64,000 bases of DNA from Octopus sinensis (Eukaryota): the NCBI RefSeq assembly GCF_006345805.1, contig NC_042999.1, positions 32,798,001 to 32,862,000 on the forward strand. Reading direction: 5' to 3'. The translations under genes and the position numbers were made by a program. Shown here in pieces: positions 26,739 to 39,753 of the stretch; position 1 is the first letter of the stretch, and every line of letters starts with the position of its first letter. Under the pieces are notes generated by a model. That model was not told the origin of the DNA and made no database searches. It saw only the letters and a list, made by a program, of their open reading frames with translations.

Positions 26739-26740
<2 letters not shown>
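26421..26740 (-). mobile_element. (TA)n-flanked PLE-derived repeat with a ~108-bp inverted duplication
   Basis: 26421-26528 is the near-perfect reverse complement of ~26545-26648. 26670-26740 is the reverse complement of 32666-32738. Confidence 0.75.
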
Positions 26741-26810
<70 letters not shown>

Positions 26811-27899
26811 TACATATCCTAGTCCAGAAATTTTTAAATTCTTGAGGTGCAATGCTTCGTGTTACATTTAACACTGCCAAATAACTGCAAACTCTAGGAA
26901 ATAGAATCATGTAGTTTCAGGTCAATTATATTGTTCGGAAATGGGATTTGATGATAAATATCTCATGCTGAATATTGTAGAGAAATAGATTATAATATGA
27001 ATTTGGTTTTGGAATCTTCAAACACGTTCCTGCGATTTTTAATAAATTCAGTGTCGGGTTTCATCGATAAACACCTGGCGATACTTCTGTTTAATATAAT
27101 TAAGATCGCAATTGATTTATTCACTTTCGTTTGCACAGGTAAAGATATAAGTTGTAACATCACAAGGTGAGGAATATAGGTTGTGTTTTCGTAGACAGGT
27201 GCATGTGTTTGTTTCGTAGTCCTCTTTATTCTGCATAAATACCTATCGTACGATTTCAGATTAATCAAAATTAAGCAGGAATTTCGTTCCTACTATTAAT
27301 CATAATTTTATATAAATGTGAAATATGACGGAGAGGGAGAGGAGAGGGAACGCAAGGAGTTGCACCTTTATCTTGTTTATGCAGATATTTAGGAAAATGA
27401 GAGTTGTAATCGTTCACTTTTACAAAGCATGTATTCTCGGCTCACTTCATATCAGGAGTCTCAACGTCTATGAAGATATTTGCAACGTTAGAAACTAAAT
27501 AGACATTAACAAGGATATCTGCTACTAACGCCTCAACACACCGCAATTACTGATCCATTTATGTGCACCACTTAAGCGAAAACTGAATAATAGTGTACTA
27601 AAGCAGCATTAATAACACGAAGCATAATTGCTACTAAGATAAGAATTGATTCAATGACCCAAAATAACGGGAATTTTTCCAGTAGTTTCGTTTCGAAAAA
27701 GAATAAGCATATATAAATATTTTTCAGGTGCTTTTCTGCAAAACCATTCAATATTTGCTACTCTCAATTCATCGGCTCTATCACCTAAACTATTTTGATA
27801 TTTGCCGGTTTACAATTCATAACATGAAGTGTATTTTCGAGTAAGCTATCAAAATACGTGTTACCTGATAATTGAAAATCTTGAATAGACTTTCTGTTA

Positions 27900-28295
27900 T
27901 AGATTCCTTCCAAAGCCACTTGATACTTCTGAGTTTGTTAATGAGGTCAACATAAATATTTGCATAAAAGACGAATGTAAGTTAAGGACATCATGTACTG
28001 AATTGTATAATATATACAATTTTCTAGTCTCCTTCATCACACACACTTGCAGAAATATTTGATCATCCGTAGGCTTTAATATATTATAGCTATTACTGTG
28101 CACTTGTACTATGCAAATAAAATACTTCTCAGCAAAGGATTGAATTTGCAAGTCCTAAACTAAGGCTAACATTTGGATAGAGTGTTGAGTTTTCAATTGT
28201 TTTACAGCAGTAGTTTAATCTTCTGTGAAAAGTGTAATGCTTTTCTTGGGACCCAAGCAACTGAACCCCTGCAGAAGACGGATGTTTATGGCATC
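27900..28295 (-). pseudogene. Possible highly degenerate hAT transposase C-terminal fragment
   Basis: Frame with stops: RLLQGFSCLGPKKSITLF..KETRKLYILYNSVHDVLNL. It loosely resembles the LSCLDP..SF / ETKK...YP.V..LL.L region before the hAT dimerisation domain. Confidence 0.3.
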
Positions 28296-28885
28296 CTGAG
28301 CTTACCAAATCTAAGAACAGCGCATTTAGCGAAAGAGGTTTCGAATGTCTAGATGTACTAGTTTAATCATGCCAATGCGTTTGAAAACTTTTATCCCAAT
28401 TATATGCGGTTTGAATTTTAAATGATGTACAAGTAAAATTATAGAGCTTTGATTTATAATTACAATTCCAAAAGAACCGTATGATTCGTATGTACAGTGG
28501 TGCCTTCACTACCATGATTTACAGATAACAAAATATAATAACGTTTCATATTTTGACTATTTTGTGTCTCATGGCGCGAAATACGAAATATTTCTTGGAA
28601 TATTGAAATAGAATGGGATATACCGCGAGAAAATAAACAGGTACTGTACAAATAAACCTCATGTATTCTCTAAATGCTCTTCTAAAGTCGTATCAATAGC
28701 AAAACCAATGCCATTTTTCTTTCATTTTATTCCTTAATTTTTCGAGAATTGAAGAAACTACACAGAAATGATGAGCGTTAAAAGACATAGTTACAGAAAA
28801 TACGTTTCGTGTTTCACCGATATTTTCAGTTACAAATAATATGCTGCGTTGTATTCATTTATACAAAATAACAGGAACCAGAATG

Positions 28886-28940
<55 letters not shown>

Positions 28941-29063
28941 ATTAATCAATATAGGGTGGCAAAAAATTTCGTAGAATTTTTTGCCATATAGATAGATAGA
29001 TAGATAGGTAGATAGATAGATATACATATACATATACATACATACATATACATATGCATATAT

Positions 29064-29530
<467 letters not shown>

Positions 29531-29559
29531 GGGTCGTTGTGAATTCTTGGTAGGGAAGA

Positions 29560-29878
29560 TGAAGGAGGAGGAGGAGGAGGAGGAGGAGAAGGGGAGGTAG
29601 AAAACGAAGAATTTGGGAGTGCCATGATTGTAGTATTTTGAATGGTCAGTGGTGGCTAGCAGTTGCTGTTCAATTCATGAAAATATTTCTATTGAATGTT
29701 TTCTTTATAGAATTTAAAGTAAGAAAGGAGAAGGAAGGAGAAGGGGGAGAAGAAGAAGAAGAAGTAGAAGAAGAAGAAGAAGAAGAAGAAGAAGAAGGAG
29801 GAGGAGGAGAAGAAGAAGAAGAAGAAGAAGAAGAAGAAGAAGAAGAAGAAGAAGAAGAAGAAAGAGAAGGGAGAATAT
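29560..29878. repeat. Polypurine (GAG)n/(GAA)n tracts
   Basis: Direct reading; source of the poly-E/poly-L ORFs. Confidence 0.95.
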
Positions 29879-30013
29879 GAATGAGTGAAAATAGTGAGGT
29901 GTTGAATGACTTAAAGTTGGCACGTTATGGATTATAGCAGTGATTGGGGCTGATTTTTAATGGATTCTTAGGGATGTCATATTTGCGTGTGTATTTGTGT
30001 TATTCTAAGACCA

Positions 30014-30044
<31 letters not shown>

Positions 30045-30045
30045 G

Positions 30046-30395
30046 GTCCCGGGTTGATTCGGGGTTAACCACAGTAAATAAGGTACTCAATACATAGCAG
30101 AGTAAAATTAATTTATTATATAGAAGGAGCTTCTACAGGACTAGAACTGTTTCATTCAAGAGAAATCTTCAGGAAGCTAGTTAACAAGAATTGTATTGGC
30201 ATTTATACATTTAGGCAGGTTTAAAGGGGTGGTGGTGGGGGACTTTTTGGGGGTAGGCATAGCGCAAAAATATCATACTTGGGGGAGTGGTCAAGGAGTC
30301 AGTGGTAAATTAGATAAAAGAATAAATAAAAGAATAAAAAAATATATAGAAGAATAGAGTTTTAGGTAAATAAGGAGGTTCTCACTTATACCTAT
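30046..30395 (-). mobile_element. PLE 3' end/pLTR fragment, (TA)n-flanked, carrying a hammerhead
   Basis: C-rich tail on the minus strand, similar in layout to 33060-33340, followed by a canonical hammerhead core. Confidence 0.6.
30128..30178 (-). ncRNA. Type I hammerhead ribozyme (canonical C3-G8 core, GUA cleavage triplet)
   Basis: AGCUUC-CUGAAGA-U.UUC(UCUU)GAA.U-GAAA-CAG(UUCUAGUC)CUG-UA-GAAGCU: 6-bp stem I, full core, 4-bp stem III, and stem II of 3 bp plus a U-U pair. Confidence 0.75.
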
Positions 30396-31092
30396 ACACA
30401 TATGTATACATATATACACACACACACATATACATACACACATACATACACACACACATATATACATACACATATATATACATACCTACATCTACATATA
30501 TATATATTTAAATATATATATATATATATACATATATACACACACATATGCATATACATATACACACACACATGTATATATACACACACGACCACACATA
30601 CATATACACACACATATCCACATACACACATGCACACACAACACACAAGTCCCTATATACACATATATACATATACACATACATATACATATATATACAT
30701 ATATATATTTATACATATGTGTACCTATACATACCTACACATACACACATATATATATACATACAAATACAAACCCATTCCCTAATTTTAATTTTATTAT
30801 CTTCATTTATTACTTTTGTTATCTTTGACCGCTGGTCACAAGCATCTTGGCTACGACAGCAAGTCCATTTATCTCTCTACTTGAACACAAGCACTCACTC
30901 ACGCACGCACACTCATTAGCACGCACACTCACTCATTCGCACACTCATACACATACACGCACGTACGCGTTATATTCATACATACATCTACATACATTCA
31001 CATATATACACATACGTACGCGTACCTACAGATTCATGTCTACACGCTTAGAAGACTAGTCTATTATACACCTACGTACAATACATACATAT

Positions 31093-31142
<50 letters not shown>

Positions 31143-31289
31143 TATATATATATATATATATACGTATATATACATGCATACATACACCCATACATACATA
31201 CATATATACACATACACACACTCACACGTATACATATACATACATATACGCGCATGCATACACACACACATACACATACACATATATAT

Positions 31290-31337
<48 letters not shown>

Positions 31338-31903
31338 ACATACATACATACATATACATATATACACACACACATACATACACATATACACATACACACA
31401 CATACACATATACATGCGTACCCATACACACACACACACGCGCATCCATATATACACATAAGTACACACATGCGTAAAAGTATACATATATCTATACATA
31501 TGCTTACACATACACACACACACACGCGTCTCCTTATGTTCATACTTATATGCATACTCAAAAAATAAATAATAAAATATATAATATAATAAAATATATA
31601 TACGTGCAGTTATTCATATACATACATGCATACTCAAAGAATAAATAATAAGTATATATACGTGTAGTTACCTATTATACAGACGGACACATACATATAA
31701 ACTTACACGCATGTATATATATCTATATATACATATATATATATTATATATATACATACTTACACATATGTACATATACATACACACATACATAACTCTA
31801 CGTACCTACATATACATAAACACACGAGCTTACACGTATATGTACATATACACATACACATACACACACATAAATACATACATACATATACATACAGACA
31901 CAT

Positions 31904-31948
<45 letters not shown>

Positions 31949-31979
31949 CGCACACACATACATACATATGCATACACAA

Positions 31980-32030
<51 letters not shown>

Positions 32031-32476
32031 TATATATATATACATACATACATACACATACACACACATATACATAAACACATACACACACATACATATA
32101 TACATACACACACACATACATATACATACACACATATACATATATATATATATATATTACCCACACCTACACATACACACAGATATACATATATACATAC
32201 ATATACACACATACTCACACACACATATATATACATACATACACATACACATACATATATATATATACATACACATACACATGCACATACGTATAACTCT
32301 ACATACCCACATATACATATATATATATATATACACACACACATATATATACACATATACATATGTATATATACACACACATATATATACCCATCTACAA
32401 ACTGTATATACACACACATACATGCACATACACATAACTTTACATACCTACATATACATCGACATACTCGCGTACA

Positions 32477-32522
<46 letters not shown>

Positions 32523-32555
32523 CACATACACATACACATATATATATATATAATA

Positions 32556-32592
<37 letters not shown>

Positions 32593-32665
32593 TACACATA
32601 CATATTATACATATATATATACATATACATATATATATATACATATACATATACATATATATATA
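30396..32665. repeat. Long compound (TA)n/(CA)n/(TACA)n low-complexity tract with short unique interruptions
   Basis: Direct reading; source of the YI/HT/CV ORFs. Confidence 0.97.
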
Positions 32666-32876
32666 TCAACAATTGAGGGTAAAGTTAATTAGTTATTGAT
32701 CAATTTCACCAAGTATTCAGTATGTAGAAGGACCATTATTTTTTTTAGTAAACATTGTCTGAGAGAAAATTTTCTTTAAGTAGTTGAAATGGCTAAAACA
32801 CTTTATTGGCTGCTATTTCTAGAAAGTTCAGTATGTGGCAAAGTAATTTATTTTACTAAGCCCTAATTATATAATA
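32666..32876 (+). mobile_element. Second copy of the 26.4-kb (TA)n-flanked repeat family, in a rearranged order
   Basis: CAACAATTGAGGGTAAAG..GGACCATT is followed by CTGAGAGAAAATTTTCTTTAAGTAG..CTAAGCCCTAATTATATAAT. Confidence 0.75.
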
Positions 32877-33059
32877 TTTTATATATACATACACATACAT
32901 ACACACATACATATACACATACATATGCATGCACACATATATACATATATACATATATACACACACACACAGACATACATATATATATATATTTTTACAT
33001 ACACACACACACATAATACATGCGTATATTCCTACTATACCCATACATTTCTATACATA

Positions 33060-33340
33060 TATACGATACACATATACAAGCGTGCACATACAATATGTGA
33101 AAGGTCTTAGGAGAAAAGCTAATCGGGGGTGCTAGGGGAACGGTGGGATTGGGGGGGTTTGTGGGTGGGGTGTCATCAATCTGGTTGCCGGGTAGGTCCA
33201 TAGTTCTTGTAGTTTGCATAATTCTTATGCATGCAATTTGGGGAGTGTTCTGAGATCTTGTTAAGGAGAGGGCTTTTGGCGAACAAGGTCTCTAGGCTCT
33301 CCGAAATGCAAAGGTCACAGCAGGTATGGCCTCCTGTGAT
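33060..33340 (-). mobile_element. PLE (Naiad-like) endonuclease C-terminus and 3' UTR
   Basis: GGHTCCDLCISESLETLFAKSPLLNKISEHSPNCMHKN matches the C.LC..E....LLNK.SE....C.H pattern at the end of Naiad-type GIY-YIG domains. A C-rich tail follows. Confidence 0.65.
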
Positions 33341-33350
33341 ATACATATAC

Positions 33351-33387
<37 letters not shown>

Positions 33388-33540
33388 TATAAATAAATAA
33401 AAAATAAAAAAATAAAGAGAAAAATAAAAATAATATATATATATACATGTAAATTTATAAATATAAATTAATAATTAAAAAATTTTAATTTTAAATTTAA
33501 ATAATTTAAATTTTGAATTTTATATTTTGTATATTATATT

Positions 33541-34831
33541 AATTAATTGGTTCTTTTCATTTTGAAAGCCAGATTTTCCTAGTTAACTAATCAATTTGAA
33601 ACTTCGTATACTGGTAGAATTTGTCAAAAGAAAACATAATTGTTAACCAAAATGAAACCGGAATTGTAATTTCTAAGTTTAACGTTGTTTAATAATTCGA
33701 ATTTTAACAATTGATATTCTTTCTTTCGACTTCATATCATTTACTGCCTTTCAAAATGTTGTTACTGTGACGTAAACAGCTATTTTGTGACGTAGTAAAC
33801 ATCCGCTTATCGTAACTAAACACTTTCAAACTTCGTGGAGTATATATAAAATTTGTGCAAATCCTAAATAGCTAAATTCTTTTTGAAAGTCTTAGTATAT
33901 ATAAAATGAGTGTGTAAATTATTTTCCATTGTTTGCATTGCTTACACACACACATACATACATACACACATACTAAAATTACATCGTTGGAGCAGTAATT
34001 TATTTATGTATTTTTTGTTATACAATTTATTTTTAAGCTGAATCCCTATCCTGCCATTAACCTCTTTCTTATAAAATAGTTGAAGAATCTGGGGTGTAGG
34101 AATTGGGCCAGTATTGGAACTTTTAACTTCTTACTCTCAATCTTATGATCTCCGAAATTTAAGAATCTTGTGTTAACTGGGCTCTTATTATTTACTCTGA
34201 CTCTGCCACTATCAAAGACTATCAATATCAGAATCATCTTCACAACCACCACTACAACCATTATAACAACCTCCAATGCCGCCACCACAACCATCTTCTG
34301 CAACCACAACCCCAAGATCAATACCAGCATCATATGCAAAATCACCAATTTCACCACCACTACACTCTGCAATGTCTTCAACACTACCATCCAAGAGACA
34401 TCCTAACATAATCAATGCTACTACTACTATCATCATCACCACTACCACCACCTCTACAAAAACAGCAACACTATAATTGCTGCCATCATACACATCCACC
34501 GTCACCACTACACCACCACCACCACCACCACCACTGCCATGATAACCACATCTACCACAGCTGTTTGCTTACTGCTTACCTACTCACAAAATAGCTGTCT
34601 ACGTCACAGTAACACTATGCAGCTAATAATTTCAAATGAAAACAGACAATATGATTGGTCAAAATTTACAGATTTAAACTACGTTTAAACTTATAAAATA
34701 CATTTTTGTCAAAAAAACTAGTTGAAATTATTGTTTTCTTTTATTGTTTCAGTATACGAAGTTTCAAATAATTTAGTTAACTAGAAACATCTGAAAAATC
34801 TGGCTTTCAAAATGAAAAGATCCAATTAATT
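33541..34831. mobile_element. ~1.3-kb foldback element with ~260-bp imperfect TIRs around a (CAC/ACC)-rich core
   Basis: AATTAATTGGTTCTTTTCATTTTGAAAGCCAGATTTT..GAAACTTCGTATACTG pairs with CAGTATACGAAGTTTC..TGGCTTTCAAAATGAAAAGATCCAATTAATT. The inner pair is GTTACTGTGACGTAAACAGCTATTTTGTGA / TCACAAAATAGCTGTCTACGTCACAGTAAC. Confidence 0.8.
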
Positions 34832-34913
34832 TTATTTCTATGTTTTGGTTTATGTTTTTCACTGTTTGATTTGCCTAATAGTGGTTTTATCTCTAATTTA
34901 ATTTATATATATA

Positions 34914-34970
<57 letters not shown>

Positions 34971-35288
34971 ACCATACATGTTGCATTTTTATTAGTTTAT
35001 TCTCTTATACGTTGTATCCCTTCGGCTGAAGCCATGCATATGTAACATATATACAGGTATTTAAGAACATCTGTACGCGTGCCCGTATGTGTGTGTTTGT
35101 GTGTGTGTATATGTGTGTGTATATGTGTGTGTATATGTGTGTGTGTATGTGTGTGTACGTGTGTCTATACGTTTCTGCTGCGGTTAGATATCGGTGAAAG
35201 AAAGTTAATTATGGAGTCGATGTGACCTGTCATTAGTTATACACAGAATCCTACTCATCGCTATATCCTTTCAATTTAGAATATTCTA

Positions 35289-36545
35289 TTGCGTTCGCAA
35301 CTAAGTTCCCGCCGTTCATTTTAAATTTTGGAATTTATTGCGTTTTAAATTTTGGAATCTATTTTTTCGAGAATTCTATTTTTGAATCATTTTAGAATCT
35401 ATTTTGGATCTTTTTCTAGTTAATTTTCTTTAATTTTTGTTTATTTTCAGATCATTAACAAGGAATGTCAAGTGAAGGAAAACGAGCATTTTCGACATTT
35501 TCTTCTTTTTGCTTTTAATCTAGGTTCTAAGGCCGCAAAAGCTGTATGGAGAGGGTACCATAGCAAAAAAGAAACGCTCGTGATTCGTGTGCCAACTACA
35601 AAAATGGACATTTTTACCTCAAAGACGCACCGTATTCTGGCCGCTCAATTGAGTTCGATGAAGAGCGATTAAACCAACATTTGCACGAAAATTCTTGTCA
35701 AACGACAAGGGAACTGGTGGAGAAAATGGAATACTCCCACACTGCTATAGAGAAGTATCTTCACTTGATGGGCGTGATTCAGAACTTTGGAGCATAGGTT
35801 CCGCATACTTTAAGTGACAACAACAAAAATCAACGAGCTACATCTCTGCTAGTTTGCTTGCTCATCACTGCACAACTCATGGACGCAAGCAACGATATCT
35901 TTACCGCAAATGGTGCCTGTACATCAATTTGAAGCAGCGTAAGGAATGGCTTCGATCCGGTACAGAAGCGACATCGCGCGTAAAACAAGATCGTCATCCG
36001 CGTAAAACGATGTCGTGGGTATGGTAGGACTGGGAAGGGGTTATCTATTACAAATTGCTTGAACGGAACCGAACGGTCAACGCGGCACTTTATGCTCAAC
36101 AGATAGAACGACTCAACACGGCTATCCAAGAGAAAAGACCTAATCGTCAGCATGGAGGTATTCTGCTGCACGACAACGCCCGCCCTCATATCGCCAATAT
36201 GACAAAGGAAGCCATTAAAACGCATGACTGAGAGGTGCTGCCACTCCTGCCGTACTATCCCGATTTGGCACCAACGGATTTCCACCGCTTTCGAACTCTT
36301 TCAAATGCTATGTGCGGAGTTTCGTTCAACACTATTGCAGAATTGAGAGCTTGGTTGGATCAATTTTTCGAGTCGAAATCCCGTGATTTCTACTAACGAG
36401 GTATTCAAAATTTGTTGAACGTTGGGAAGAACTTATAAAGGACAAGGGAAAATACATTACTGATTAATTAGTCCTTATTGTTTATTAAACCTTTAAAAAA
36501 ATTATAATTTTATAAGAAACTGCGGGTACTTAGTTTCGAACCCAA
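35289..36545 (+). mobile_element. Mariner (DD34D) transposon, near full length, transposase pseudogene
   Basis: TIRs TTGCGTTCGCAACTAAGTTCCCGCCGTT / AACTGCGGGTACTTAGTTTCGAACCCAA, with TA on the left and CA on the right. Motifs EHFRHFLLFAFN, A*VPHTL, KWCLYIN, LLHDNARPH, YYPDLAPTDFHRF, YYKLLERN. Stops and frameshifts; the TGDE motif is missing. Confidence 0.95.
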
Positions 36546-37276
36546 CAGTTTCTATTGCCTGTCAATAATTCCTATTTGCAAACCTTGATATTTGATAGAC
36601 GGCATTTTAGAGAATAATGCAAATCTAATGACCTAATACATGCAAGAAAAGGAGGTTTTGAAATACATCATCAACGTCTTAATTATGTCCCTTTATGCAA
36701 ACGCTACGTTTTGCGTATACTTAGGTTTTAACATGGCAATATTTCGGATTCTTGATATCATGAGTACAGTACTCATATTATATGAGCTCTGGACTATCAC
36801 AACTCTATAATAATTCTTGGTTATATTGTTTATTTATCAGTCATATTCCCCAAGCTCTTAAGTTTGTCCAAAGATTTTATTTTGATGGATGATATTTTCC
36901 CCGATACGTGTCGGTTTCTACTCCCGTTTCGAACCATTTTATCAATTTAACAATTTCAATAAAGCAATATATGCCATAATGCCATATTGATATTTAATAT
37001 TTTTGAATCGGCTTTATGTCATTTATACGAATAAAATATGAATAAAATTATTGAACCTAACCTGACATGTAAACAATTCTGCGTCATCTATAGTTATTAG
37101 ATTTCAGGTTGGAAGATGTCTGATAGTGTTGTATAAAAATTGGCGCGCGTAACCACACAAAACAATACAGGGTTGTAATCACTGCACGTGCATTCTGGGT
37201 ATCTGTGAAAAATAACAAATACTCTGGAAATAAACGAAGAACCAATAGAATTAGACATACTTATTGTGACTGTTAT

Positions 37277-37555
37277 GTGATAGGGATCGGGGCCCGGAAA
37301 CAACCCCGTGACCGAAGAATTCCCGGTAGGCGCGGATCATCAGCCCGTATTGATCACGTTACTGCTCTTTGTAAACAGCACCCGTCGCTACTACGGATCG
37401 GACGGTCCGGTGAGGTCCTCGGATCAGGCCGACAAGTCCGCTTTCACGCGCGGCGCGTTTTCTGATGGCCCGGAGAAGACGACCGAACCCGATCGCTTAG
37501 AGAAAGTAAAATTCGTAACAAGATTTCCGTAGGTGAACCTGCGGAAGGTTCATTA
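37277..37555 (+). pseudogene. 18S rRNA 3'-terminal fragment, diverged (orphan rDNA)
   Basis: GAATTCCCGGTAGGCGCG, CTTTGTAAACAGCACCCGTCGCTACTAC and GTAACAAGATTTCCGTAGGTGAACCTGCGGAAGGTTCATTA are substituted versions of the universal 18S 3' motifs. Confidence 0.93.
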
Positions 37556-37829
37556 CCGCCCCGATCATCGCCCACTTCGCTGGCTCGTGGTATTGGAAGC
37601 AAGATAAATCTGCGATCCGTCCCATTCGTAAGCCACGACCGGACCCCCCTCACCTTCATCTTCGTCAACCCTCTAACAGTGTAGTAGTAGCAACGCAGCC
37701 GCCCGCTCCCATGCTGCGCTCGCTCACGCTGCCGACCACGCAAGTCTCATTCAGCCAGCGCCCGCGCGACAACTAGAGCGCTCGACCTACGGTGTTGCGC
37801 GCCTTGCGGCTCCATGATCCCCTCTCTCC

Positions 37830-37862
<33 letters not shown>

Positions 37863-38055
37863 AGTCTTCCTCCCTTCCGCTCTTGCGTTCGCTGGCGGCT
37901 AGCTCCGCTTCAGCAATCCGCGCTGTTCCACTGCAGCCGCCGCCGTTACTCGGTTTCCGTTTCGATTCATGTTTTCTTTCCTACGCGCGGCATCGCGCCG
38001 CATCCCTTTCAGTACGTAGTCGTCAGTAATAATAGTACAGTGGTAGCAAATACCG
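37556..38055 (+). other. ITS1-like GC-rich spacer with an internal (CT)n
   Basis: Lies between the 18S end and a 5.8S-like sequence; GC-rich against the AT-rich background. Confidence 0.8.
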
Positions 38056-38218
38056 AAACCCTGGAGTAGGGATCATCCGGCTTGTCAGTTGATGAAGTGC
38101 GCGGCTATCCGCGTGAACTGATGTGAATTGCAGGACTCAGTGTATATCGACAGCTCGAACCCACATTGCATCCATGGGATCCAATTCGTCCCGGGGCTCC
38201 GTCCGGTTGAGAGGCGGT
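38056..38218 (+). pseudogene. 5.8S rRNA pseudogene, followed by ~85 nt of ITS2-like sequence
   Basis: GGATCATCCGGCTTGTCAGTTGATGAAG, GATGTGAATTGCAGGAC, CGAACCCACATTGC, GTCCGGTTGAGAGGCGG. Confidence 0.88.
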
Positions 38219-39623
38219 CACATCACGAAAACGTTGTCCGCCGACGCCGTTGGCTACGAATGGGAGTTGGGAGTCACAGGAAAGTGCGCGCGCCGGGAAT
38301 TTGAATGTCAATTTAAGAAAATATGTTTTCCAGTGAACTTAACTCTACCCAATTCAAATTGTAAATATGTTTGTTGTATTTTGCTGTACATAGAAATTTA
38401 TCGAATGTGTTACTGTACGTCACTCATTACGCACATAAACATATGCACGGATATACTGTTAATTCTATTTGCATGTACCTCTAATGGCTACCACATTAAT
38501 TGAGTTGATTCAAGTGTGTGGAAGATAATGATTTGTTTGACATTCATGACAGGAAAGGAAAGAACAGGAAAAGGAATAGGAAAATGTCATGGAATATTTT
38601 TATTAGTATTAACAAATTAAATGACTGCTGTCAACAGAAACATTTATATGGAACACACCAGTTACTTTTTGTAAGAAATTTTGGTGACAATAATTTTAAG
38701 TAGTATTTTTGGTACGCATATTCTTATTGGACATAGATGAAAATATTTAAAAGAAAGACAAAAACAATTGACAAAAATACTATATTGTTATATTTGGGGA
38801 TGGCCATCTTTATTTACCAAATATTCACACGCATTGTACCCACCTTCTTCACTTCAACCTCATTCTTATTCATATTTGTATTTTAGAAGAAAAAAGCTGG
38901 AAGGAAGAACGAATATATAGTGCATGTTGTTATTTAGAAAAGGAAAATAGACTATCCCCAAATATAACAATATCTGTTTCAACACACACTTTCATATCAA
39001 GAATCTTGCAAAACAAATACACAAAAGTGACATAAAAAATATTACAATCGTAATTGTGTTTCTTTGTTAGGTTTTGCATTATGTTTTTGAGGTAGCTTCG
39101 TGAAGTAATCAGATTCATTTTCCTTACCACATTTTGATGACGCCAAAATGACAAAACTGATTTTTTAAATTAATTTAAATGCTTAATTTAATACAAAAGT
39201 TGTCCAATTAAATGTAAATCTTCTTCGAAAGAATTAGAAAATTATCGATTTTTATCTCTATAGTCAGGATAAATAAATGTTGTGTTACTCACTTTTTAAT
39301 TGGATGAATTAATTCAGTATCTGTTGTCTTCATCGCTTAATTAGTAATCCTTTGCGTTTTAAGTAAAGTTGTTTTTATAAAAGTTTTTTTCTTTTTCTTT
39401 TTAACATTTTCTGAACAATTATTGTGACAACTTCGCCATAAACATAGTTTCTAATAGAAGGTATTGCGTCATCATTAAGATGTGTCTTAATAGCACTACT
39501 GTTGTTTCTACAGATACCCTAATTTTTTTACCCGACAATTATATATCCTGCCAGTAGGTGTCCCTGTGTGAACGCTGGAGTTCCGAATCATATTTCTCTT
39601 ATATCTATGCTTGCAACTTTTAT

Positions 39624-39691
39624 CTAGATATCATATACGGGTCTTACTGAAAATTTCAATCCTTTTAGTGTGAATGGAAAATAAGTGTCAC
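39624..39691 (-). CDS. Candidate following exon (GDTYFPFTLKGLKFS[VRPVYDI*])
   Basis: Acceptor GTTTTCTTTTCACCAG after a putative 62-nt intron, in matching phase. An alternative donor GTAAGA follows 39648. Confidence 0.25.
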
Positions 39692-39753
39692 CTGGTGAAA
39701 AGAAAACTAGCTTAGCATTAATATCCTTCCAGCTCCAATACCGTTAGGTTTAC

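Noticed and set aside
30291-32699. Many 100-300-aa YI/HT/CV ORFs (also at 11 kb, 20 kb, 42 kb, 56.8 kb)
   Set aside because: They are translations of (TA)n/(CA)n tracts, open in several frames on both strands.
34170-34508. Mucin-like Thr-rich exon
   Set aside because: Degenerate ACC/CAC low complexity inside a foldback element, with short ORFs in several frames and no clear splice frame.
37308-37743. GC-rich ORFs on both strands
   Set aside because: They overlap the 18S/ITS1 pseudogene and are not protein-coding.
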